From the NCBI RefSeq assembly GCF_006345805.1, contig NC_043008.1:74648001-74712000 (forward strand): a stretch of DNA of 64,000 nt. The letters run 5' to 3'. The translations under genes were made by a program, and so were the position numbers. Origin of the DNA: Octopus sinensis. Lineage: Eukaryota. The notes beneath the pieces were generated by a model. The model did not search any database, had not been told where the DNA came from, and worked only from the letters and a program-made list of their open reading frames with translations. Every line of letters begins with the position of its first letter. The stretch's first letter is position 1. Shown piece by piece: positions 52,566 through 64,000 of this stretch.

Positions 52566-53060
52566 GGTAGAAGCCACAGCCACTCAGAATGAAAAGGAAT
52601 ACTGGTGAAATGTACCAGTGAGGACCTCAATAAAATGTAAGCACAACAGACTTGATATAACGATTTGGGATAGAGAAGGGAAATAATGCAGAGTTGTGAA
52701 AATCAGTTGCTCAGTGGATGTTAATGTAAAGCTGAAGATTAGTGAAAAGAGAATGCCTACACTGAACTATAGAGAAATCTGTAGTTACTCTATCCAGATT
52801 ACAAGTTCAGGTTAATATCTGTAATTATTGGAGCCCTGGGATATGTAACACATGCCTAAATACCAATCTTGAGAAATGAGGCTTCTCAAAACCAGAAACG
52901 AGAAGACTAATTCGAAGACTACAGATCCAATCCATCACTGGAACTGTAAAAATCTGTAAAACTTACCAGAAGTTTATCATTTAAACTTATATATATATGA
53001 ACATGTCTAGATATGCAATTATATGCATGAGAATGCATATATAAAACATATAAATCTGCA
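52563..53060 (+). mobile_element. 3' fragment of an RLE-type non-LTR retrotransposon inside (TACA)n
   Basis: EYW*NVPVRTSIKCKHNRLDITIWD, VIIGALGYVT, RLQIQSITGTVKICKT; (TACA)n on both sides. Confidence 0.82.
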
Positions 53061-54949
53061 CATACACACATATATACATACATACATACATACTTACATA
53101 CCTACATACATACATACTACATACATACATACATACATACATACATACATACATACATACATACATACATACATACATACATACATACAAACTAAATTCC
53201 CTGTTGTTGATGTTGAAATTTGAAAGAAGGAGCTTTGGATCTAGGTTAGAAACTGGTTCTTTCTCTATTGGCAAGAAATCTTGAAATAAGCTGAATAATG
53301 ATATTCATACATATAAATATGTCTGTATGTACATATGTATTAATATGTACATTGTCAAGTGGGGTATTGCATTTTATGTTCTTTTCTAGTCTTGGAAGCT
53401 GCTTGGCAGCCTCACAAGTGCCACTAGCACAAAAAAAGTACTAACTACACACTGTAAAGTGGTTGGCATTAAGGCATTCAACCATAGGAGCCATGCCAAA
53501 ACTGACATTGGAGCCTGATGCAGCTCAATGGCTCAGTGGATCATTTTGAACCATCCAACCCATCCTAACTTGGAAAACATGTTAAATGGTGGTAATAATA
53601 ATAATGATGGTGATATGCATATATACACGTGCATAGATATAAGATATCTGTGTTATTTACTTGTACAAGTAGCATAGGCTTTCAGTAAACACTTAACCAG
53701 AAGTGTTTAAAATCTGTTATTTCTATGTAATTAATTATAACTTTACATCAATAACCCAGTTGCACACATTTCTTTTGTATCAGAAACTAAAAATTCACAC
53801 CAGATGTGAAGTAAAAATAAGGATTAAAATTAGAATACATTAAAAGTAAAGGATTAAAATAAGAATAAAGACTGAATTATTGTGTGGTATAACCATTCTA
53901 TTAGTTTGTGACTCAGCAGAATATTTTGAAGATGATAACTCTGTGTGTGTGTATGTGTGTGTGTGTCAGTCAGTTCATGTATGTGTGTGCATATGTGTGT
54001 GTGTTCGTGTATGTGTGTGTCAGTTCATGTATGTATGTGCATATGTGTGTGTGTTCATGTATGTGTGTGCATATGTGTGTGTGTGTGTGTGCATGTATGT
54101 GTCTGTGTATGTGTTTGTACTTGCCACAAAATTATTTATATAAGAATTAAAGGTCACTTTTGGTAGGAGGTCACATTAGAAATAAGATTATTACTCACAA
54201 AATTTCATTTTGCCTACATTGCTGAGATTCCCTATTATGAAAAATTATTTGCTGCTTGAATTCTCTTATTGATCAAAATATAACCCAAAACATATTTTAT
54301 ATTAAATTCATATTAATAAAGTTTTATGTAACATTCACTTTAATATATATATGCACACATACACACACATATATATACATGCATACATATATACAAGTAT
54401 GTATATGTACATAGAAGAATATGTATGTGTTTGTACATGTATGTGTGCATGTATGCTGCCTTTGGTAATACTTTTTTCAGAAATAATATATTTGTTCGGT
54501 ATTTTCATATATTCTTTGCTTCAAGTATTGAATATGGCAGCACCAGCCCAGAGCAAGTTTAATATCAAGTTATATTCCTTCATGTCTATAAAAAGTTTAA
54601 AAAGACTTCTTCCCACGTCTGAAACAAACTTAGCAAACAACTTTGTAAAATGTAAAGTTGTTTTATACCAGGGATTAACATTTTTACTCTCATTTTCAAC
54701 ATTTAGTTTCAGGATATCATTTTATACATGATTACAACATACCAGCATATATGCAATAATAGAAAAGTCTTTTTATGCCATCAGGTTGATGTTAATGCAG
54801 AACTTCTGTTTAGCTTAAGTAATAGGTGGTGCAATTCCATATTTTTCTGCTAAGCAAAGATTACATCTGTTTGCTTCACTTCTGCCATACATGCTCACAT
54901 CAATGATTTCTAATGAAATTGCAGCATTCTGTTCATGCATAATCTCTGG

Positions 54950-55570
54950 CATCATCATCATCATTTTCATTTAACATCTGTTGTCTATGCTGCCATGAGT
55001 CGGACGGTTTGGCCAAAGCTGGTAAGCTGGAAGTCTCCAGTTTGATTTGGCATGGTTTTCTACAGCTGGATGCCCTTCCTAATGTTAACCACTCTGAGAG
55101 TGTAATGTGTACTTTTACGTGCCACCAGCACTGATGCCATTTGCACGACATCAGTATCTGCCACAACTGCAATTTTGCTCAGCTTGATGGGTCTTCTCAA
55201 GAACGATGTAATGCTAAAGGTCTCAGTCATTGCCTCCATGAGGACCAACAATCAACAGGAACTCAGCCACTTTGTCTCTATGAACCCCAACATTCGAAAA
55301 GTGTTCTGTATGTGCCACCAGCACAGATGCCAGGTATGCAACACCAGCATCAGCCATGACTATGATTTCACTTTGTTTGACAGGTCTTCTCAAGCACAGC
55401 ATATCACCAAAGGTCTCAATCACTAGTCATTGCCCCTGTGAGGCTCAAAGTTCAAAGATCATGCTTCACCACTTTGTCCCATGTCTTCTTGGGTTCCCTC
55501 CACAGTTAGAGATTGGCACATCTTTACATAGCTGTCCTCGTCCATACACATTACATGATCATACTAGTGC
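54950..55570 (-). mobile_element. RTE LINE 3' fragment
   Basis: HVMCMDEDSYVKMCQSL remnant, plus tail ggatgcccttcctaa and (cat)n. Confidence 0.7.
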
Positions 55571-56994
55571 AGTTGTCTTTCTTGCACACCATGTCTGATG
55601 CCTCTTATGCCTAACTTTTCTCTCAAGATGCTTAAGAGCTTGAAAAGTAACCTGTTGAGCTTGAAAAATAACCTGTGGGCTTGAAAAATAACCTGTTGTC
55701 TATTTTTCTTCTTCAGATGGTTGCAACTGATGCATCAAGAATCGCTGTCCCCCATTAATTAGCTTTGGCAGGCTCCAACTTTCATGCCTTGTGTCACTAC
55801 CAATAACATCAGTATAGCAGAATGTTCTACCTACTCTATTACATTGTGAGAGTCTCCAAAATACAATGTGATATAACCTGTTGTTCAGCATGAAAGCAAT
55901 GGACAGAAAAATCTATGCCACATTGTGCAACAATAATATGTATGAGGGCAATGAGTTTATAAATCTCCTTTTTGAGTTTTGCCCAACAATAAGATATTTT
56001 GAGCACTCATGAGGAACCTACTGTACAGATCATAAAAGCAGTCTTAAAGCTTTTATGTCATAGTCTAAATTTCAGTTCCATAGAGAAGAATGCGAACTAT
56101 ATGTGTCCTGCAGGAGGCCAGTGTGTTGACTTTAAGATACTTGATTGTTTAAATGTTTTGACTGGCTCCACATTTTCTATTTTTGCATGAAACTTGAAAT
56201 ACTCAATTTGTTGATATTCTCTGATAAATAAGATGTGAGATGATTTTTGTTTGATGCGCTGTGACATTCAGTATTAAGTATAGTGTAATTTCCAGCAGAA
56301 TTTATTTTAAGTGGATTGTGTCCCCTTGGTTATTACAAATATTTGCTGCATTAACACATTTCATGATTCCCTATAATTTTGAAGTATACTATATCTAATA
56401 TTGATATTTTTTTATATAAAAATCTCGCATGTTAGTATCCTTAATTAAAGTTGTTTATTCAAGACATGGCTATTTTAACATGTATCTTAACATCATTCAT
56501 ACCGATTATAATTTTTAAACTGATCTGTATTCCCCTTGTGTCTATTAGTTTGAACAATCATTGATCTAGGTTTCTATACCAGTAATTGTTGACTCTCAGC
56601 TGTTTACAGTGAGCTTGGTGAGCCATTCCCACATTATATTTATAATGTGTTTTACAGTATTGTATGGAAGATTGGATATCATTTAGATGTACACTGGCTG
56701 CTTGTTTGCCTCATGAGAGAGCTCAATGATGCTGAAGTCAGGCCTGGTATCCAATAACTTGCATATTTTTATGTTTGCTTTTACTGTCACTTTTAAGCTA
56801 TATTTTTCTGAAATGTATCAGTATCCAACCACTTTACCATTATAAGAATTGAAGCCCATTGTCTATGCTCAGGTTAATAATATTCATAACTATGTATTAC
56901 TGCAAATGCATCTATTCATATATTTACCTGTCCATTTATCTCCATATATCTTGGAACACACCCATAGTCACATAAATGTACATACACACAGATA

Positions 56995-57035
<41 letters not shown>

Positions 57036-57086
57036 CTATGGTCCTGAAAGGGTAGGAAAATGAATATTTCCAATGCAGCACTCAAC

Positions 57087-57192
57087 CTGAGCTTCAAGCT
57101 GTCTACACTCTTGAACTGGTGCCACAAGAAAGGTTGATATTCTGGTAGTGTAGTAATTCCAGGTATCACACGAATAAATTCAATGCATAGGT
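57087..57192 (-). CDS. Candidate 106-nt exon (DLCIEFIRVIPGITTLPEYQPFLWHQFKSVDSLKL)
   Basis: Acceptor tatgctttacttttcattag, donor gttgag; protein-like composition; not recognised. Confidence 0.33.
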
Positions 57193-57235
57193 CTAATGAA
57201 AAGTAAAGCATAATGCATATAAGAAGACAAAGAAA

Positions 57236-57553
57236 GAGTTTAGCACATCTTTAATGACCAGTTGAAACTGTTTTGGTAACTGTTTTTAATGACATTGCTC
57301 GCAAAAGTTCCATGAGGAAAGTTACATAATATTTGTGATTTTAAACATTAGGATGGCACTTCATCAAACTTAAATCAAAAGATGCTCTCTTACATTGCGT
57401 ATAATATAAGAGCAAACGTTTTGATTCAAGTTTGATGAAATGACACTCTAATGTTTAAAACAGCAAATAGTACGTTAACTTCTCATACGAAATTTTAGTG
57501 AGCAACAGCATTCCAAAACAATTTTGACTAGTCATTAAAGATGTGCTAAACTC
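57236..57553. mobile_element. Foldback/MITE-like inverted repeat, 318 bp
   Basis: Perfect 23-bp termini gagtttagcacatctttaatgac / gtcattaaagatgtgctaaactc; arms pair imperfectly nearly to the centre. Confidence 0.82.
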
Positions 57554-59162
57554 ATTCTATGTTTTATTTGGATTATACATACATACATATATACATACAT
57601 ACATATGAATGTTTGTATGTATGTTTGTATATATACAGACACACATGCATACATATGTATACATACACATGCATAAAATATATGAGAAGAAAAATATATA
57701 CATGGATAGATAGAGAAAGAGGGAGGGAGAGAGGTACAGGAATACACATATATTACACAAACATAAATGCAACCTATGCTTAGACATATATATATATATA
57801 TATACTCACGCACACACACCCACATTTCTGTGTCACACTACTTTTACAATATATGTATAATATTTGCTAGAAATATAAAAACAAACACACAAGAAGAAAA
57901 ATGTAATACTAAAAGCACCATCTTTAATCTAATGCCTGTCATGTTATTTTTCTCTTTCTCAATTGAAAAATATATTCTTTATTTCTTCTGTCTTTACTCT
58001 TTTACTCTGTTTAAAACTCAGTAAATCTGAAATGTGATATGTTTTTACTTTTTCGTATTCTTAAAATTTAATCTAATTTTCATATATCCTTGTAATTCTC
58101 ACAAGTAGAAGACTTTTGAATGAAACAGTAAACAGGTATGGAACAACAATATAATCGTACAGAAATAAAAGCAGAAGAGAGAAAAAAAAACTTTGGAAGA
58201 TTCAGGTGGAAATAAGTCAATTAAAATTGACAAAGACTTTAGATTTTTCTAGAATCTTTATTTTGATATTTTTCCATTTGTTTATATTTACAAATATTTT
58301 ATTTCTTACTGTTATATTTATATTCTTTTTTATTTCAAATTTATTTACTCTTTGATACATACTTAGATTTTCCAAATTCATGTTGGATATTCGTACATAG
58401 AGTTTCTCATTTATTCATGTGTGTATATATTCTGACAAATATACATTCATGAATTAAGTCATATATATGCATGTATGCATGTGTAAATGCATATATAAAA
58501 TGTATTATATTTTATATATTCTTATATAAAATATACTTATATTTTTTGTATTAAAGTTTTGTCGTCTCTTTTTTTTTGTATGTATGGTTATACAATTATA
58601 CATGCAGCCATTTTAATATGTATTTACTCAAATACATACATACATACATACATACATACATACATGCATGCATGCATACATACATACATACATATATACA
58701 TACATATATACATACATACATACATACATACATACATACATACATACATACATACATACATACAGAGAAGCATATACATACTGACATAGATAAATATATA
58801 TATATATATATATATGTTAGATACATACATGTGTAGAAACACATACATGTACTGCTTGTTTATTTTATTGGTGAAAGTTGTAGAAAAAGTTTTTAAAGAA
58901 AAATGTGTATCTTGCAATCATAGAAGAACAGATAAATGATTATGTGTGTGTGTCTGCATTTTTGTAAGCATGTTTGTATGAATGTATATTTTTTATAAAT
59001 GTATATATTGTATACACACATACATATATGCATAGATATCTGATCATGTATACGTACATTCCTATGCAAGCACATATACATGCATATTTGTATATAAATG
59101 TGTGTGTGTGGATATATATATGTATGTGTATATACATGTATATATGTATGTATATTTATAAT

Positions 59163-59227
<65 letters not shown>

Positions 59228-59829
59228 GTATATATATACATATACATGTATGTATGTTTGTATGTATGTATATTTATATATATATAGATATAGATAGATA
59301 TGTATGTATGCATATACATACATACATACATACATACATACATACATAAGCACAAACAGGTTTCTGATTTTTTTATTGTACACTTTTTGTGAGCTGAATA
59401 TAATTTTAGAAATTTTGTTGCTGTTTTTCAACCCTCTCTTTCACTCACTCACTCACTGTCTCTCTCTTCATGTGTATACACCCACACACACACATACACA
59501 TGTACATACACACACAAACACAGCATTATGTACTGTATACAATCAGTTACCTACAATGGTAGTCTAGTAAAACACTTCCACTAGTTTACTATGCCACACT
59601 TGTTGATCTGTTGTTATTTGAGCTGCACATTTTCCAACCACCTTCTTCTATATTTTAGCCATTTGACAACATCTTATATAATGCATACAGCCTCTTCACT
59701 TATTAACTTTTATCTATTCTCTTGCTTTACAATTTTCTTCACTTTGCTATTTCTTTTTCTTTTCTTTTGTTTGCATTCTTTCTTTTTCTTTTTTCTTGTG
59801 CTTGCATTTTCTGAGACAACTGCTAGAAT

Positions 59830-60720
59830 AAGAATGAGCTGAGACAACTGCTAGACAACTGCTGGGCAAAGCTGCTACCTTTGCTGATAACAAAGGACCT
59901 CTTTCTCAGAGAGAAAAGCAGATTGTGTGATACCTGTGTGTGGATAGCCATGCTATATGACAGTGAAACATGGGCTGTGACTGCAGAGTACATGTGAAGG
60001 CTTGAAAGAAATGAAGTTAGTATGTTCCATTGGATGTGCAATGGCAGTGTGCATGTATGACAGAGTGTAAGTGTCTTGAGAGAAAAACTGGGTATAAGAG
60101 GCATCAGATGTAGTGTGCAAGAGAGAAGACCATGCTTGTATGACTGTGTGATGTGTATGAATAAGCGCTGTGTAAAGATGTGCCAATCTCTAAATGTGGA
60201 GGGAACCTGTTGAAGAGGTAGACCCAGGATTGCGTGGGATCAGGTCATGAAATACGACCTTTGGATGTAGAGTCTCATGGCAGCAATGACAAGCGACTGA
60301 GAGTTTTGGTGATTTGCTGTTTTTGAGAAGACATATCAAGCTAAGTGAAATCATAGTTGTTGCCAGTACCAGTGACATATTAAAGGCACCCATGCTGGTG
60401 ACATGTAAAAGGCACCTGTGCTGGTGACACATAATAGGCACCTGTGCCAGTAATACATAAAATGCATCCATGCCAGTGATACATAAATGGCTTCCATGCC
60501 AGTGATATGTGAGAAGCACCCATGCTGCTGGCTGACATGTGAAAGACACCCATACTGGTGACACAAAAATAGCACCTGGTACACTCTGTGGCATTGTTGG
60601 TGTTAGGAAGGGTGTCCAGCCAAAGAAACCAAGTCAAAACAGACTGGAGCCTGATGCAGTTCCCTGGCTTACCAGTTCCAGTCAAACTGTCTAAATTGTG
60701 TCAAAATAATGATGAAGGAA
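59830..60720 (+). mobile_element. RTE-clade LINE 3' fragment (RT C-terminus and 3' UTR with about 26-bp tandem units)
   Basis: MLYDSETWA..RLERNEVSM..LREKLGIRGIRCSVQERR..RGRPR; tail ttaggaagggtgtccagc. Confidence 0.85.
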
Positions 60721-60811
60721 ATCTGTTTCCCAAGACTTTTGTTTCCAAGCATCAGAGAAAAGTGGTCGTATGTCTGTGCCATAATAGTTGCAAGAAATGA
60801 AACAATATTGG

Positions 60812-61025
60812 TTTCAGATTTTGGTACAAGGCCAGCATTTTCAGGAGAGGAGATAACTCAATTACATTGACCCCAGTGCTCAACTGGTGCTTATTTTATC
60901 GACCCCAAAAGGATGAGAGGCAATGCTGACCTCAGTGGAATTTGAACTCAGAAAGCAAAGACAGGCAAAATGCCATTAAGCATTTTGCCCAATGTGCTAA
61001 CAATTCTGCCAGCTCACTGCCTTAA
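60812..61025 (-). mobile_element. SINE family A
   Basis: ttttggtacaagg, ggatgagaggcaatgctgacc, ttctgccagctc. Confidence 0.75.
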
Positions 61026-61114
61026 AGAAATTAAACAATATTGTTTTGTATTGTTTCATATAGTCCACCAGTCTCATCAATAAATACATATACGTGTGTA
61101 TGTGTGTGGGCAAG

Positions 61115-61290
61115 TATGGCACAGACCTGTGTGTGTAGTTGAGAAATTTGCTTCCCAACCACATGATTTGGGGTTCAAACTCACTACATGGCAACTAGGG
61201 TAGATGTCTTCTATGATAGACTCAGGTCAAATTTAAGCCTTCTGCTTGGATTTGCTTGACAGAAACTGATAGAACCTGTTATACATGTGT
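61115..61290 (+). mobile_element. Diverged SINE family B head
   Basis: ttgcttcccaaccacatg..gggttcaaac. Confidence 0.6.
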
Positions 61291-61706
61291 GTGTGGAGTG
61301 GGATGTGTGCATGTGTGTGTATGCATGTGTGTATGAATGTATATGCATGTTTGTGTGTGCCTCTTATCTTGTCATTGCATGATGGTTATAAATGAGTAAC
61401 TATCATACAGTGTTGTCATTTGCTTCCAATCTGCTATGAAAAATCATCCAGTCATTACCTTGCTTGATCACAAGTGATGTATAACCCATGCAACCATGAA
61501 AAAATAAATTTAACCCTATCAAATGTAATACTTATTTATTTACAATAATGTTTAGAATGATAATGAAGGGTAAGTGCAAGAGTTTGGACAGGGCCAGTTG
61601 GAACATAAAACAGATTGAACAATTGAGCCAAATATGACTGGCTCAAAATGCTAAAGAGAGGAAGATTATGATATGTTTGTGTTTGTATACATATGTATAT
61701 GTATAC

Positions 61707-61788
<82 letters not shown>

Positions 61789-61851
61789 AAAAAATGAAGT
61801 TCGAAAATGCTGCTATATTAGACAAATTTTTAATTTTTATATATACATTAT

Positions 61852-61899
61852 TTATTTAACATGTTTCGGTTCTTGAAATGATGAACCTTATCAAAAAAA
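61852..61899 (-). ncRNA. Minimal hammerhead-like motif with U3-A8 core in PLE 3' repeat
   Basis: UUGAUAA-GGUUC aucauuucaa GAACC-GAAAC au GUU. Confidence 0.55.
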
Positions 61900-62227
61900 G
61901 TTATATATAAAAAAGATAGTTCATGCTATCAAATATAAAAAATTCATATATAATATACAATAGAGTCAGACATCAAAAGTTCATATATAGTGAAGTGAGT
62001 TCATGCTATATGTTTAAAGAGTATGATGCAGTGGTTCATAGTGGTGATATGCATTCAATATAAAAAATAGTTCATAGTGGTGATGTGCAGTCAATATAAA
62101 AAATTGATGTTCTTGAAAGAGCGAGGAATTCATTTTAGATTTTACCTTGAGCAACTGTGATGACTTTTGGTTGGTGTCCGCTGGACAGTTCTGGCGAACC
62201 TTGTGAATTGTTTGGGTTTTATATCAC

Positions 62228-62580
62228 CTGTTAGGTGGCCAGTATAGTGGAACGTGACGTCATCAACGTTTTGACCAATCGTTTCGTTAGGTGGCTAGTC
62301 AAGCAGAACGGGACGTCATCAATATTCTGACCAATCCCGACCTATAGCTGTATTAGATCTGCCCCTTGTCTTTATCCTGTTAGGTGGCTAGTCAAGCAGA
62401 ACGGGACGTCACCAATATTCTGACCAATCCCGACCTATAGCTGTATTAGATCTGCCTCTTGTCTGTATCCTGTTAGGTGGCCAGTCCAGCGTAACGGGAC
62501 GTCATCACTGTTTTGACCAATCATCCCGTTAGGTGGCCAGTCTAGCAGAACGAGACGTCATCAACGTGTTGACCAATCCG
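62228..62580. repeat. Five tandem units, each with GACGTCA and CCAAT
   Basis: Unit spacings 56, 93, 93, 56 bp; core gttaggtggcyagt...gaacgrgacgtca...tgaccaatc. Confidence 0.9.
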
Positions 62581-64000
62581 AATCGGGTCTGACCCTTAGC
62601 TGTATCGTATGTGGCCAGTCCATCAGGATTAGATCTGTTCGAAGAGATCTTTTTATAAATTTTTTTCCCTTTTCCCTAAGACATATTTCCGTCAGTGTGA
62701 GTGACTGTTTAAGGTAGCGGCCGTGGTGGAATTTTGCTTCTCCTTTTCGGAGGACCAATCTTTTGTTTTAATATTCCTGGCCCAGGGTGTTTAAACTTGG
62801 TCTAAATTTTTTGATGAAATACAGTTCTTTATTTTGGCGTTGCGTGAAGGTTGCGTTGTCACTGAATTTATAAAACGGGTAAGTTGTAAATTTCGGATTT
62901 ACATTTCCAGCACAGCTATCTATGTGTCCGCTGACCGGTATTCAGGGTTTCTAATTTGTGATTTATGCACCGCCATCCTGTTACGTAAGCTATTTTTTGT
63001 ATGGCCTATATACTATATTTTTTGTATGGCCTATTGCAGCTTGCGCATGTTATGGCGTAAATTAAGTTTTCTGATGCGCAGGTGAAGTTTGCTCTAATGG
63101 TGAACTGGTGGCCTTGTTCTAGTATAAATTCTGAACCTTCTATCAAGATGACACAGATTCCGCAGTTGGGCCTTCCACATTTTCTAACTGCTGGTTTTGT
63201 GATTGATGTTGAGTGCAGTTTAGCTTGGGTTAAAATCCTTTTCAAGGATTTTGGTCGCCGTTTACTTTTAATGATGGTGTGTGTTTCGAGGATCCGGTTC
63301 ATCTTTGGGTCTCCCTTTAGTAGGGCTGTGCTTTGTAGTATGGTGCTGAAGGCCTCATTTGTTAAGTGGGTTGTGTGTAGAGATGTAGGGAGGGGTTTTT
63401 AATTGTTCTTTCTTTTTTGGTTTTGTTTGTCTCAGGTCTTCTATACTTAATTTGAGTGCCCTTTGGATTGCACTGTCTATTAGGGGCTGTGGATAGTTTC
63501 TATTTGTGAGTGTGGTTCTAAGTTCCTGGAGACGTGTGTGTCGGGTGTTTGTGTCTGATATTATGGTGTAGATCCTTCTAGCTAAACAAAAAGGGACATT
63601 TATTCTAGTGTGTCGTGGGTGGCATGAATCAAAGGGTAGGTATTGTTTGGAGTCTGTCGGTTTATAGTAGATATCTGTCTCTATTTTTTGGCCGGTTTTC
63701 TTAATGAGGATGTCTAAAATGGTAATTCTTTTTCGTTGTGATCCATCGTGAATTGTATATTATCATTTATTCCATTTAATAGTATTTTAAATTCCTCAAG
63801 TTTCTCTATACCTTTGTCCCAGATGATGAAACAGTCATCGAGGTATCTTTTCCAGTTGTTATGGATATAGGTGGCGAAGGTGTTTCCAAATTTCTCGAGT
63901 GTTATCTGGTAGAGTATTTTCTCGAGGTATCCCATCAATAGGTTGGCAAAAGATGGTGCAGTACGCGTGCCCATCGCTGTTCCCGATCTTTGTCTGTAGA

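Larger units (their letters stand above)
61800..64000 (-). mobile_element. Penelope-like element (RT, GIY-YIG, 3' pseudo-LTR), runs off the window end
   Basis: MGTRTAPSFANLLMGYLE..WKRYLDD (63834-63845), YKPTDSKQYL, KCGRPNCGIC..FTCASENLIYAITC; frameshifts present. Confidence 0.92.

Noticed and set aside
54351-54731. 126-aa ORF partly in unique sequence
   Set aside because: The N-terminal half is microsatellite; the remainder has no motif and conflicting splice signals on both strands.
60340-60590. Regular 26-bp repeats that superficially resemble a CRISPR array (also 25570-25800)
   Set aside because: No unique spacers, no cas genes, eukaryotic context; part of an RTE 3' UTR and a minisatellite respectively.

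Overview
AT-rich eukaryotic genomic DNA with very dense microsatellites ((TA)n, (TG)n, (TACA)n, (TAGA)n, trinucleotide runs) and nested transposable elements. The SINE types and repeat landscape look like a coleoid cephalopod, probably Octopus (inference). Supported elements: a near full-length degenerate R4/Dong-type non-LTR retrotransposon (12700-16424, -) and two further RLE-type 3' fragments; two L1/Tx1-clade LINEs; RTE LINE fragments; three Penelope-like elements (PLEs); a D,D34D mariner with TIRs and TA TSDs; a mariner-derived MITE; a Tigger/pogo fragment; two foldback elements; many tRNA-headed SINEs. No intact, identifiable host gene is visible. There are only low-confidence exon candidates, on both strands. 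Almost all ORFs in the supplied track are microsatellite or TE artefacts. The most interesting signals: (1) minimal hammerhead-ribozyme motifs in several PLE-type terminal repeats, two unrelated families carrying the compensatory U3-A8 core instead of C3-G8; (2) a SINE whose 3' tail matches the 3' end of a Tx1-like LINE; (3) RLE retrotransposons sitting in specific microsatellites, including a SINE tail; (4) several long inverted repeats; (5) a fixed-spacing CRE+CCAAT array in a PLE 3' region.
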